This document shows, in pieces, positions 7,076 through 17,071 of a stretch of 64,000 bases of DNA (the stretch's first letter is position 1; every line of letters begins with the position of its first letter). Position numbers and translations under genes: made by a program. The notes beneath the pieces are model-generated. The model was not told where the DNA came from, made no database searches, and saw only the letters and a list, made by a program, of their open reading frames with translations. Origin of the DNA: a virus; the IMG/VR virus record IMGVR_UViG_3300036766_001793, positions 101,485 through 165,484 of that record, one strand, 5' to 3'.

Positions 7076-8074
7076 CTACGCCAGCGCCGGCCTGCCACCA
7101 AACCTGCGGGACACCGAGGTGGCCAGGTCCATCGCGTCCTCCAGCTCTGACTGCGGCGACGGGCCCTCCCGCCTGATGCGCTCCGCCACCAGCCTCACGG
7201 TCCCCTCCCATTCCTTCCGCTGTCCGTGGAGGGTCATGGATCCGCCCTGCGAGAACCAGAGCCGGTCATATTCCTCGGGGTGGTAGGTCTCCATCCAGCT
7301 CTCGTAGAACTGGGCCGGCACCCACCTGTGTACCTGCTCGCGGCACTCGAGCTCGGCCCTGTCGGCTTCCTTCATCTTCTGGTAGGTTCGCCCACCGAGG
7401 CCCCAGTGGTCCCAGGGGAAGTCCATCCACTTGCCTCCGCCGGCTGGCTCCCACCCGTCCTTGAAGACGAGCTCCCTGGAATCGAGGTCATCGAGGATGG
7501 CCATTCCGTACTGGCCGTCGCTGAACTCGGCGACTGCGGCCACGTCCCTGCTCAGGTATCTCTGGACAGCCGCTCTCTGCCTGTCCCTCATGCCCCTGAC
7601 GAACGGCGCGTACCGGCCGTCGTCCCGCCCCATCGCCTTGCCGGCGGCCTTAGCGACCTTCCCGCCGCCTCTGACGGCTATCGGCCTGGCTTCGAGCTCC
7701 ATGAGCTCCCCCGCCGACAGGTCGCGCGGTCTCGGTTCCCTCCTGAGCTCGAGCTTGGCCCTCGCCCTCGCCGCCTTCCGCCGCCCCGCAGTCCACTCCC
7801 TGTGGGCGTCGCTGCCGTCGGGAACGAAGAAGCGCCCACCGCGCTGGCCGGTCTGGACGTCCGCCCCCTGTGGGCCCTCCTCACCCTCGCGGAGGTACGT
7901 GCGGCGGCCGTCCTCTGGCGCCGCCTTCTCCTCCAGGGTGGCGCCCTCACGGATCTCCCTGATGGCCGCCACCATGTCAGAGTCGTCATTGAGGTCGTAT
8001 TCGGAGTCGTCGGAAGCCCACGGCACGACCCCCCTGGGAAGCTGGATCGGGACCGGTCGGTCAGGCATCGCCAC
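7076..8074 (-). CDS. GPRGG-motif protein 3
   Basis: EEKAAPEDGRRTYLREGEEGPQGADVQTGQRGGRFF. Confidence 0.8.
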   Translation of the reverse strand: MAMPDRPVPIQLPRGVVPWASDDSEYDLNDDSDMVAAIREIREGATLEEKAAPEDGRRTYLREGEEGPQGADVQTGQRGGRFFVPDGSDAHREWTAGRRKAARARAKLELRREPRPRDLSAGELMELEARPIAVRGGGKVAKAAGKAMGRDDGRYAPFVRGMRDRQRAAVQRYLSRDVAAVAEFSDGQYGMAILDDLDSRELVFKDGWEPAGGGKWMDFPWDHWGLGGRTYQKMKEADRAELECREQVHRWVPAQFYESWMETYHPEEYDRLWFSQGGSMTLHGQRKEWEGTVRLVAERIRREGPSPQSELEDAMDLATSVSRRFGGRPALA

Positions 8075-9557
8075 CCCTTCCCCTCTCGTAGTACCTCTGC
8101 CCTATAGCGTACCCGGGGGACCCCTCCTCGAGGCTCTTGGCCCCGTCCCAGTCGTCGACGTAGTCGCTGAGGAGGAACGCCTTGCCGAGGTGCCCGCTCC
8201 CCTGCTTAGATTTGGTGCTCCAGGCGTGCTCCTTACCGTCGTCCAGGGCCGCAAAGTCCCATGCATGCTCCAGCCCGCCGTTCTCCCTCGAGAGCCTCTC
8301 GAACCTCGCGGCGTCTGAGTTGGCAAGCACCTGGCGCATCCCCTGCGACCCGAGAACCATCCTCTCGTCTCCCATCCTCACCACGTAGTGGTTTGGTCCC
8401 TCGATGCCGACGACCTCGCCATCGCCATGCTGGCTGTCAAACCTGGCGCCGACGGCTGGCTTGGTCGCGAGGTACCCCCTCAGCCGGCCCCTCATCTCCT
8501 CGGCCGCGCGGGAGCCTCTGAAGTCGTAGCCTTGGAGGGCCCACACGTATTTCCCCACGTCTATGTCGGCGTTCAGGTAGATGGAGGTGAGGCCGGCCGC
8601 CCTGTAGCTCTCCTCGGCCCTCTCGTTCAGCCTGGCGGCGAGCCCGCGGCCCTGGTGCTCGGAGGAGATCACGAAGGTGTCGTGCTCCACGGACCCGTCC
8701 GCGTTGAACGACCTCAGCATCGTGCCGACGTCCCTGCCAGTCTCCGGGTCGGTGATTGTGAACCGGACCTTCACGAACTCGTTCCCGCGCTCATCCACCT
8801 CGGCGCGGACTGAGACCCCGGCCCCTCCATACAGCCTGGAGAAGTCCGCCGGGCTGCCGCGCTCTATCAGGTCCTCGAACCGCATGGAGGCCCTCGCCTG
8901 GATCTCGGCCCTGCCAGACTGGAGGGCGGAGCGGATCTGGTCCTCCGGGATCTCAGCGTCCCCGTCTGGGCCGCGAATCAGGGCCAAGCCCTCACGGACG
9001 TCGAGCACGTCGAACCGCTTCCCGCCGACGCTGATGGTCTCCCCGACGAGGTCGTTCCCGACGCCGTCGCCGTCGTCGTCCTCCATGGAGAGGCGGTCGT
9101 CGATCGAAGCCTCGTCCTCCACCGAGACCGCCCCGCTGCTGAGGTTCTTCACCTCGTACAGGCCGTTGCCTATGGCGCGCTGGACGCGGTAGACCTCCCC
9201 GCCGCCGACCCACTCAGCACCTGTGTAGTCGTCCCCCGGGTCGTCCTCCTCGTCTGGGGCCTGGGTGATCGTCCCCGCTGACGCCATGGCCACCACGTCC
9301 TCCCTGGGCACCCCGTCGTAGACCCTGCCGTCGTCCCTGAGCAGGACCCACGTGCCGTCGGCCGCCTCGTCCACGACCGTGAAGGACCTGCCGTTGGGGT
9401 CGTCCCACGCGAGGCCTGAAAGCCCTCCGGAGAGGCTGGTGGCCACCTCGCTGGTCTCGTAGTAGAGGCCTCCGCGCGGGCCCTCCTCCACCGTGGTGCC
9501 CGTGGGAGCCTCACCTGGGTCGTCCACGTATGTCTTTGGTTCGTCCAGATGCACCAT
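8061..9557 (-). CDS. GPRGG-motif protein 4 with a C-terminal GNAT-like domain
   Basis: KTYVDDPGEAPTGTTVEEGPRGGLYY; short repeated beta-rich modules; HQGRGLA...VGKYVWALQGYDF. Confidence 0.8.
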   Translation of the reverse strand: MVHLDEPKTYVDDPGEAPTGTTVEEGPRGGLYYETSEVATSLSGGLSGLAWDDPNGRSFTVVDEAADGTWVLLRDDGRVYDGVPREDVVAMASAGTITQAPDEEDDPGDDYTGAEWVGGGEVYRVQRAIGNGLYEVKNLSSGAVSVEDEASIDDRLSMEDDDGDGVGNDLVGETISVGGKRFDVLDVREGLALIRGPDGDAEIPEDQIRSALQSGRAEIQARASMRFEDLIERGSPADFSRLYGGAGVSVRAEVDERGNEFVKVRFTITDPETGRDVGTMLRSFNADGSVEHDTFVISSEHQGRGLAARLNERAEESYRAAGLTSIYLNADIDVGKYVWALQGYDFRGSRAAEEMRGRLRGYLATKPAVGARFDSQHGDGEVVGIEGPNHYVVRMGDERMVLGSQGMRQVLANSDAARFERLSRENGGLEHAWDFAALDDGKEHAWSTKSKQGSGHLGKAFLLSDYVDDWDGAKSLEEGSPGYAIGQRYYERGRGGDA

Positions 9558-9578
9558 CACATCATCCTGCCGAGGGCT

Positions 9579-9612
9579 AAAAAAGGGGGCCCCCACCGTG
9601 GCGGGGCCCCCT
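9579..9612 (-). terminator. Intrinsic terminator
   Basis: GGGGGCCCC/GGGGCCCCC stem followed by T6 on the minus strand. Confidence 0.9.
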
Positions 9613-9632
9613 CTGGTCTGAGGACCAGCCTA

Positions 9633-12287
9633 CTAGATCCGCTTGGACCGCGCGGTGCCGGCCACTGCCGCCAGGGCCAGGGCCAGAACGAACGTCAGGA
9701 GGACGAAGTCACCGAGGCCGACACCGCCGCCTCCAGCTTGCGGCGTCTGGCCGCCGTTGCCGGTGTTAGGGGCGATGGGGGTTGGCGGCGCGCCGACCGA
9801 GCGAGGGGTCGGAGGCGCCTGAGTCGGGGTCGCGTTGCCAGCCGGCGGCGGGATGGCCGTCGGCGGCGTTGCGGTCGCCGTCGGCGACGCCTGGGCAGGA
9901 GCGGTCGGGGTGACGGCCGGCCCGCAGCCGATCAAGCACCCTGGCTCGTTCTTGACGTTGGTGAAGAACAGCGTCTGGACGCCGTCCGGCGAGGCGAAGA
10001 CCGCAGTCTGGACCGGGCTGAGGGCTGTCCACCCAGGCGCGCCCGCCTCGGCGACGGTGTAAACGCACCCGGCCACCAGGTCCATGGGGCCGAAGACGAC
10101 GTTGCCGCCGACATCGGTGACCTTGGACCCGGAGGCCCCGCACCCGCTGATGGTGAACACCCAGCCCTGGCCGTTGAAGCTGCCTGCGCCGGATGTCTCC
10201 GTCTTGTGGGCGTTGAGCGTCACGAACGCCCGCCGGTGGGTATTGGTGACGGTCGCGGAGGCCGCGCCGCCAGATGTCACGCTGACGCTGACCCCGCTTC
10301 CGGACACGGTCCAGTCAGGGCCGGGGTCGCTCTCGGCCACCGCGTAGGTGCCCGGAAGGAGGCCGGTGAAGACGCGGACCTGGCCCGCGGTGTACTGGTC
10401 GCACTCGCTGAGCGACGGCCCGCTGACGCAGATCCGGAAGCTCGCGCTCGGGCTCGCCGGCCAGTTTTGCCAGTTGACCGTCTTGCCCACCTGAAGGCTG
10501 CCCTTCGGCAGGTGGCAAGTGACGACGACGAACGCGTCGGCATGCTCGGACGACTCGCCGAAGTACACCGTGGCGGTGTTCTGACGAACCACCGAGCCGG
10601 TCAGGCTCTGCGGGTTGTACTCGATGCCCTCGCAGGTGCGGGCCACCTCGTACTGGAAAGTCCGGGTCCCGGAGACGCCGGTGTTCGGGCCGCCTGGGTT
10701 GCTGTCTGTGACCGCGGCGGTCGCGTTGATCTGCCTGCCGGCGACGAATTGAATCGGCGCCTGAGCCGACGCCGACTCGCCCTGGCCGAAGCCGACTGTG
10801 GCAACGTTCAGGAACTGGTCGGCGTTCCCCCTCGTCCCGATGAATGAGCAGACGACCTGGGCCGAGGGCGGGAGGTCGAACGGCACGCCGCCAGGGCACA
10901 CTACGGTCGCGCCTGGGTCGGAGACCGAGGTCACGTGGACGTTGTACGTTGCGTTCGGGTTTGTGACCGTGATGGTCCCGTTGAACGCGAAGTTGGAGTT
11001 GGTGGGGCCGGTCCGCGTCACCGTGACGGTGTAGTGGCTCGAGCCGCTGCCGCCGACGCCGAGGTCCAGGGCCGCCTGGTCGACGGACTTGGAGATGCCC
11101 CAACCGTAGGTCTGGTCGTACGTGCCGCCACCGGACTTCTTGGAAACGGCGGGGGCCTTGAGCTGTTCCTGCGGGTCCTGGTTAGTCACTGTGCACGTGA
11201 TGTCCCCGACGCCGGCGGGGACGGTGATCTGGTGGCCTGCGTTCGGCGCGAGGCCTGAGTCGCACGCGTACCCGACCAGCGTAAAGCCGGCCGGCCCTGT
11301 CTCTCCGAGTGTGTAGGTGCCACCGATGGCCGCGGCCACGGAAGTGCTCCCGGCGCCGCTGCCGGCCGGGGCCCCGGAGATGGACACCGTGAAGGCGCTG
11401 GCCGGAGAGGTGCCCAGGCTGTGGTCTCCGTGGGCCACGGCCTTGTTCAGGATGAGCTTTCGCGCCGGCGGTGTGGTCTTATTGTAGGCGCAGACGTGGA
11501 GGGTGCCCTGCCCGCTCCATCCGCCGGCGGGGACGTCGGCTGCGGCCGCGAACGGCCCGTTGAACGCGTCTCCGTGCTCGCACTGGCTATTGCCAGGGGC
11601 CGGGACGGTGAACCCAGTCAGCTGATACCCGGCCTTGGCCTGCTCAGTCACCCAGACTTCCTGGTTGGGGGAATCGAGGAGGCCGAGCTGGTGGCCGCTG
11701 CCGTAGGACTGGCCTACGGCCGATCCGGTGCGCACATCGAAGGTGAACTGCTCCTGGCCGGCTCCTTGATTCTGCCAGTGGCCGCCGTCCCAGAGGTACT
11801 TGTGCACCTGGATCTTGCAGGGGTCGACGGTCACGCGGGCGGTGGCGTCGGAGTCCATGCCGTCGCCCTGGAGGCCGTCGCTGTCGTTTTGGACATCCTT
11901 CCTGATGATCCAGCCGCCGTGTCCGTCACTCTTGGCGTAGTAGAGCTCCGCGAGCACATCCACGTCTGCCGGAGCCGCGTACGTCTTCACGAAGACGTCG
12001 TTTGTGTCGACGGCGATGAACGCCGGGCCGCCGCGCAAAGTGTACTGACCGTTCCCGTGGGGCCTGTCATAAAAGTACAGGATGCGCCCAGGGGAGTTGA
12101 TCTGCACCCCGTTCACGTGAGCAGTCCGGCTCCCGCAGGAGCCTGACACCGTGACGGTAGGGCGGTTGGCGAAGGCCGTCCCGAAGAACAGCAACGCCGC
12201 GACGGCCGCGAGGAGCATCGCTCCGACGCCCCCGGCCACCAGGCCGGCCCGGCGCCGCGGCGACTTGCCGTGTAGGGCAAGCGTCAT
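9633..12287 (-). CDS. Large secreted cell-surface protein with Ig/pilin-like repeats and a sortase-like anchor
   Basis: Signal peptide (RRR, hydrophobic core, AFA); repeated K...YxxxE modules; Pro/Thr stalk; PIAPNTG, TM helix, RSKR tail. Confidence 0.88.
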   Translation of the reverse strand: MTLALHGKSPRRRAGLVAGGVGAMLLAAVAALLFFGTAFANRPTVTVSGSCGSRTAHVNGVQINSPGRILYFYDRPHGNGQYTLRGGPAFIAVDTNDVFVKTYAAPADVDVLAELYYAKSDGHGGWIIRKDVQNDSDGLQGDGMDSDATARVTVDPCKIQVHKYLWDGGHWQNQGAGQEQFTFDVRTGSAVGQSYGSGHQLGLLDSPNQEVWVTEQAKAGYQLTGFTVPAPGNSQCEHGDAFNGPFAAAADVPAGGWSGQGTLHVCAYNKTTPPARKLILNKAVAHGDHSLGTSPASAFTVSISGAPAGSGAGSTSVAAAIGGTYTLGETGPAGFTLVGYACDSGLAPNAGHQITVPAGVGDITCTVTNQDPQEQLKAPAVSKKSGGGTYDQTYGWGISKSVDQAALDLGVGGSGSSHYTVTVTRTGPTNSNFAFNGTITVTNPNATYNVHVTSVSDPGATVVCPGGVPFDLPPSAQVVCSFIGTRGNADQFLNVATVGFGQGESASAQAPIQFVAGRQINATAAVTDSNPGGPNTGVSGTRTFQYEVARTCEGIEYNPQSLTGSVVRQNTATVYFGESSEHADAFVVVTCHLPKGSLQVGKTVNWQNWPASPSASFRICVSGPSLSECDQYTAGQVRVFTGLLPGTYAVAESDPGPDWTVSGSGVSVSVTSGGAASATVTNTHRRAFVTLNAHKTETSGAGSFNGQGWVFTISGCGASGSKVTDVGGNVVFGPMDLVAGCVYTVAEAGAPGWTALSPVQTAVFASPDGVQTLFFTNVKNEPGCLIGCGPAVTPTAPAQASPTATATPPTAIPPPAGNATPTQAPPTPRSVGAPPTPIAPNTGNGGQTPQAGGGGVGLGDFVLLTFVLALALAAVAGTARSKRI

Positions 12288-12367
12288 GTGTGGTACCTCT
12301 TTCCTTGTCTGTGCGCAGCCGGGCATCGCCCCGGCCCCTCGTCCCCGACGGGGGATTTGATGTCTCT

Positions 12368-12373
12368 ATAGTA
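12368..12373 (-). promoter_or_regulatory. Putative -10 box (GG-TACTAT) of the surface-protein gene
   Basis: TAnnnT hexamer about 80 nt upstream of the RBS-bearing start. Confidence 0.55.
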
Positions 12374-12560
12374 CCGCGCTCAGCGCCTGCCGCGGGCCCG
12401 CCTGGACCGCCTGACCGCGTCGGAAAGCCGCGTGGACTGGGTGCCCCTCACCCTCACCGAGAAGGCGAGCCGGCTCCAGCCCGGGAGGAGCACGAGGTGC
12501 GTCCCGGTCCAGGTGGCGCTCAGCCCGAGCGAGGTAGCCACCCAGTCCGCCCTGGCCAGC

Positions 12561-12764
12561 CTACCGGCCAGCGTCCTCGACCGCCACGATGTCATACGGA
12601 TGGGCTTGAAAATAGCCTAAACCCTCCCCCCAGAGGATGACCACATCGTCGCTGACGGCCTCCACCCTTGCCACGAGGAGCCTGGACATCCGCCCGTCCC
12701 CTCCCCTCGCCCAGACGCAGTCCCCCGGGGCCACGTCCTTCGCCGCCACCACCGCGGCCGCCAT
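12561..12764 (-). CDS. Small hypothetical protein
   Basis: Start overlaps the upstream stop codon. Confidence 0.6.
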   Translation of the reverse strand: MAAAVVAAKDVAPGDCVWARGGDGRMSRLLVARVEAVSDDVVILWGEGLGYFQAHPYDIVAVEDAGR

Positions 12765-13093
12765 CAGGCGGCCGCCGCGACGCCGACGGCGACCGCGGCC
12801 ATCACTGTGAGGTGCAGGGCCTGGTCAGCCCGATAGTCGATGATGTTCCTGACCTTGCCCAGATCGACGGCGAAGTGGCTGACCCCGACCAGCAGCGAGA
12901 CGACGGCCCACGGGCCGCCGAGGACGGCCGCGGCCACGCCGGCCGAGCCTGCCTGCACGGCGGCGTGGGCCACGAGCGCCCAAGTCCCCTCGAAGGTTCT
13001 GAGGGCTGCGCGCTTGGCCTCGGCGAGGTACTGGCCCTGGAGCGGGTAGTCCGCCACGAAGTGGGAGAGGGCGAGCGCGAGCAGGAGTTCCAT
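12764..13093 (-). CDS. DUF3307-like membrane protein
   Basis: HFVADYPLQ...H...HFAVD...DQALH signature. Confidence 0.85.
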   Translation of the reverse strand: MELLLALALSHFVADYPLQGQYLAEAKRAALRTFEGTWALVAHAAVQAGSAGVAAAVLGGPWAVVSLLVGVSHFAVDLGKVRNIIDYRADQALHLTVMAAVAVGVAAAA

Positions 13094-13120
13094 GCAACCA
13101 TGGTACCGGGCGTCAGAAGA

Positions 13121-15703
13121 TCACTCGTGGTCCATGTATATGGGATACACCGCCTCGACGAGGCGCTTGCCGCTCGAGATGATGACGGTCTGGGTCGGCC
13201 TGGAGGCCTTCCCGTAGGCCCTCAGGTACCAGTTGCTCCCGCCGTCGAGGGTGCCGTTCTGGATGACCGGCACCCCGTTGACCTCGAGCATCGAGAACTC
13301 GTGCCTGTGCCCGAGGAGGAGCAGCTCGGGCCTCGCCCCGAAGATGTCCGCGAGCGTCCACTGGGGGAGCAGCTCCCGGATCTTGATCAAGGGACCATGC
13401 CACTGGTCCCCATGCATCGCCACCACCTGATGGCCGCACACGCTGAACCTGGACCACCAGTTCTCCTCGATGTGCCAGTTGATGTTGTCCTGGAGCTGGG
13501 CCTTGTCCCTGGCCCACATGCAGGCGAGCGAGTCGAAGTTGTCCTCCGGGTCGGCGAAGTCGTTCTTTCCGTTGGCCCTCCCGTGGTTCCCCGGGACGGA
13601 GTAGACGTCGACCCCCTTCACATACGAGGCCAAATCCATCGCGACCCCGGCCTGGAGGTCAGCGGTCACCATGATCTGCTTTGTGAGACGGTGGGAATTG
13701 CCAGACCGATCAAGCCCAGTTATATTTTGACCGGCATAGATGAAGCAGTTGTGTCCGACGAGCCCATTGGCTGTGTAATTCTCCAGACCTTCCACCGTCA
13801 GATTGTACACGGGTTCCGCCAGGCTGGACTTGCTAACCTCCAGCACCTTCGTATACCTGGTCCCAGCAAGGGGGGCAATCCAGCCCTTCAGGTCCGTCCT
13901 GTATTCTGGTCTCCTTCTCGGCTGTGTTCTCTGCCCTGCCGAGAATCTCTCCTGATACCTAGGGTCGTGCGACCCTATCTCGCAATTGAGGCTGGGGGCT
14001 CCGAGTGTGAGAGTATAAAGGTCCCTCTCTATTATCCTTCCGGTGGGCAGCTTTGTCCTCCCTGGCCGGTAGTGCACCTCTGTAGCCACCAACCCTAGCC
14101 CGTCGCAAAGGTGCCGGATGTCCTCCATCAGCTGTCCGTTAACGGACCCGAACACTACGACGCCATCCTTTGTCACGTGTCCGTCCGAGTCGATGTACCC
14201 CCGGAGGAAGGCCGCCCTCAGGTCCCTCCTAAGCCCGAACACCCAGCCTGGCACCCGCTTCTCGCGGGCCCTGCCTCCAAGGCCGAGGTCCAGTATCATC
14301 TGGGCCGCCGCGGTTGACCCGAAACGGGCCATTCCGTCAGACCAGGCTGAGAACTTCACCGGATCCCCGTTCGCCTTGAAGAAGACCTTCTCGGCACCCT
14401 CGAGATATCGGGCGATCCACTGAACCGCATTCTCCGCGAAGGCGATGCACACCACGTTCGGTTTCCCATCCCTGCCGCGTCCGAGGCACCCGTCGCCAAG
14501 GTAGAGCCCCAGGAATTCCATGAGCTCCACGGAAGCATCGGTCCCCAGCGGGGTAGCGGCGTTCCCGCCGTCCGAGAATCTTTCCACCATCGCCACCAGG
14601 TCGCCAGGTTGCACCTCTCCTGCGCGTACGTAATTCAGGGTTACCTCGTACCGGTGCCGGTTCCGATACGAAGACCCAGACACCTCTGTGCGGCGCATGA
14701 CCAAGAAGGGATGCTCGCCGTTCGCCCTAACCGTCCTGTCCCTGGTCCTGATTGTGTAGAGTGGGTCAATTCCAGTCATGGCCGCCGCGGATACTATAGC
14801 CCTCTCAAATCCCTCCCGACCGAGGGCCCATACTTCATCACCAGCGATGAAACTCTCTATCGGCTTCGGACCGTCTGGCGTGTCCACCAAGGTGCCGGCT
14901 GGGAGGCAGCCTTCTAGCATGTCTCCGGCGAACACCAGGTGGGCCCTATCCACCGAGTAGCCGGAGTCCCGGTACTGCTTCACGATTTCGTAGGTGGCCG
15001 CCATGAGCCTCGGGACGCGCTGCTCCACGACGGCCCTCACACCGATGCCATTCTCCATTTTGCCTACCTGCCAATCCGAGCACAGGACGATGACCTCCCG
15101 CGCCCCCTTCGGCTTGTCGACGTCCCCCGGTCCCGGTTGCCTTCGCTCCGGGAGCAGCCACCGATTCTCCGTCAGGACCTTATTCACCTGGTACCTGAGG
15201 AACTCGCGCTGCGAGGTGAGCTGCTGCACCTTGCGCTGGAGGCGGTTCTTTTGGCCGAACGCCCTCGCGGCCATCTCCGTGCCGCTGGCCTCCGGGTAGA
15301 GGGATCCCTCCTCTGCGAGGATCTCCTCCTTCGTCCAGAGGCGCTCCGACCGCCTGCAGTCTGGGTGGTGATACCAGTGGCCGTCGTTCACAGGGGTGAA
15401 CCGCTCTATGCAGTCGCGGTTCATGCAGCGGCGCCTGACCGCGAAGGGAAGGCCCTCGCCGTCGTCATCCCAGAAGTCGCCCACTGGCGCCGAAGGTTCG
15501 GCAGCCTGGCGGACTTCTCCGCTTTTCCGGTAACGATCGGCCCGGAGGCCCCTCATGTTCATCCTCTTGGCGATGCTGTCGTACTTTACGACCCCGTCGA
15601 ACCCGTGCCGGCGAAGGACCTCCTGGGCGGCCTTCCCGCCGCCCGACGGGTACACCAGGCTGATCTCCTCCCAGACGCCGTCCGGAATAAGGCTGCGAGC
15701 CAC
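13121..15703 (-). CDS. Calcineurin-like metallophosphoesterase with an intein
   Basis: SDWQ, GDMLEG, GNHG, MHGD, GHRH motifs; interrupted after GDMLEG. Confidence 0.88.
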   Translation of the reverse strand: MARSLIPDGVWEEISLVYPSGGGKAAQEVLRRHGFDGVVKYDSIAKRMNMRGLRADRYRKSGEVRQAAEPSAPVGDFWDDDGEGLPFAVRRRCMNRDCIERFTPVNDGHWYHHPDCRRSERLWTKEEILAEEGSLYPEASGTEMAARAFGQKNRLQRKVQQLTSQREFLRYQVNKVLTENRWLLPERRQPGPGDVDKPKGAREVIVLCSDWQVGKMENGIGVRAVVEQRVPRLMAATYEIVKQYRDSGYSVDRAHLVFAGDMLEGCLPAGTLVDTPDGPKPIESFIAGDEVWALGREGFERAIVSAAAMTGIDPLYTIRTRDRTVRANGEHPFLVMRRTEVSGSSYRNRHRYEVTLNYVRAGEVQPGDLVAMVERFSDGGNAATPLGTDASVELMEFLGLYLGDGCLGRGRDGKPNVVCIAFAENAVQWIARYLEGAEKVFFKANGDPVKFSAWSDGMARFGSTAAAQMILDLGLGGRAREKRVPGWVFGLRRDLRAAFLRGYIDSDGHVTKDGVVVFGSVNGQLMEDIRHLCDGLGLVATEVHYRPGRTKLPTGRIIERDLYTLTLGAPSLNCEIGSHDPRYQERFSAGQRTQPRRRPEYRTDLKGWIAPLAGTRYTKVLEVSKSSLAEPVYNLTVEGLENYTANGLVGHNCFIYAGQNITGLDRSGNSHRLTKQIMVTADLQAGVAMDLASYVKGVDVYSVPGNHGRANGKNDFADPEDNFDSLACMWARDKAQLQDNINWHIEENWWSRFSVCGHQVVAMHGDQWHGPLIKIRELLPQWTLADIFGARPELLLLGHRHEFSMLEVNGVPVIQNGTLDGGSNWYLRAYGKASRPTQTVIISSGKRLVEAVYPIYMDHE
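13748..14908 (-). mobile_element. Intein with LAGLIDADG endonuclease (387 aa)
   Basis: CLPAGT...ANGEHPF...FLGLYLGDG...FLRGYIDSDG...VGHN/C. Confidence 0.93.
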
Positions 15704-15770
15704 ATAAGCCTCCTGTGGGGGTTGGGCGCAACCCCCTCGGTCTCTAACGGCAGGGTGCAGGGGTTACCTG

Positions 15771-16238
15771 CTAGCGGTTGATGCTCGCCGAGAGCTCTTG
15801 GACAAAGTCAAGCGCCTTGGACAGCTCGGCCCTGTTCAGGCCAGCCTGCGACCCTGGAGCGGCCTTGGCTGGCCAGCCGCTGAAGCCCAAGGACGGCTTC
15901 GCCGCGGGGGCGAGTGGCTTGGGCCTGGCGGGGAGACTGAAGCCAGTGCTGGCGGCCGGTGCTTTCTGGGGGGCGGACCCCTTCGGCTTGCCCCATTTGG
16001 CCACCTCCGAAGAGACGGCCTCCGCCTTGCGGGCCATCCTCAAGAGGTCGTCCGCGGAGTCTCCGCCTCCGCCGCTCTCCGAGCGGTCCCCGCTGCCCCA
16101 GTCCTCGTCAGCCTTCTGCCCGCTGTCGTAGGCCCCGCCGTCGGCGCCCTCGATCGGGTCTTCCGTCGGGTCCATTGCCTTCTGGACGGCGAGGTTGAAT
16201 CTGATGTCCGCGGTAGTGCCTTGTCTCTGCATGGTCAA
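15771..16238 (-). CDS. Hypothetical low-complexity protein with repeated xxKA sites
   Basis: ORF with RBS; VQKA, ARKA, LSKA. Confidence 0.7.
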   Translation of the reverse strand: MTMQRQGTTADIRFNLAVQKAMDPTEDPIEGADGGAYDSGQKADEDWGSGDRSESGGGGDSADDLLRMARKAEAVSSEVAKWGKPKGSAPQKAPAASTGFSLPARPKPLAPAAKPSLGFSGWPAKAAPGSQAGLNRAELSKALDFVQELSASINR

Positions 16239-16285
16239 TCCCCCAGGGTTAGGTTACCGGGCAGGGGACCTGTATGGGAGCCTAT

Positions 16286-17071
16286 TCACCGTGTCCAAGG
16301 CGGGGTCCATGACTGATCGTCTTGCACATCCCAGAGGGACCACCTGTTCCTCTGCCACTGGGTCTTGCCTATCCCGTACGTCTTGTAAAGCAGGCGCCTC
16401 CTTTCGGCGAAGGCACGTTGCACCCTAGGCGGCAGCCCGGCCAACGAGACCGGAGTCCTCCCACGGTGCTCCCTGTCCAGCTCCCGCTGGGTGGCCGCGA
16501 TGACCAGTTCCACCTGTGAGTCAGGCACCGGCTCTATGCCCTCGTCGACCCCAGGGTACCAGAGGTCTGAGTCGTCGAATGCCTGGCACGCCTGGGCCAG
16601 CTCATAGCCGATGAGCCACCCCAGGTCCTGGAGGCCGTAGTGGAGCTCAGGGTCCTTGGCGGTCGTGATCCCCTGGTGTATCGAGCTCATCTCGGTCACC
16701 ATGTGCCGCGACGGGTCTATGCCGTCGAGGTTGATCCTGAGCTCTATGGATCCCAGCAGGTCGTGGAGGCTACCGTCCGCGAGGCACCTGTCCATCAGCT
16801 CGCCGTAGGTCATGTCCATGAGAGGAGACCCCGACTTGTCGAGTTCCTCTATAATCCTGGTGGCCCCCTTCGACTTGAGGACGGGCTCGACGAGCCACAG
16901 GAGAGCCCTCTCCCGGCGGCCCGCCATCGGCTTCCCCTTCGGGATGGACCTGATCTTCCTGACCGGCGTGGACCTGAAGTCCCCGTTGGTAACGGCCGAG
17001 AGGTCCTCTGGGGCCGGGGCTTGGGCCCCGTAGAGGGTCTCGTAGTCATAGCCGTAGAAATAGCCAGGCAC
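16286..17071 (-). CDS. Hypothetical protein
   Basis: 261-aa ORF with typical codon pattern. Confidence 0.75.
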   Translation of the reverse strand: MPGYFYGYDYETLYGAQAPAPEDLSAVTNGDFRSTPVRKIRSIPKGKPMAGRRERALLWLVEPVLKSKGATRIIEELDKSGSPLMDMTYGELMDRCLADGSLHDLLGSIELRINLDGIDPSRHMVTEMSSIHQGITTAKDPELHYGLQDLGWLIGYELAQACQAFDDSDLWYPGVDEGIEPVPDSQVELVIAATQRELDREHRGRTPVSLAGLPPRVQRAFAERRRLLYKTYGIGKTQWQRNRWSLWDVQDDQSWTPPWTR

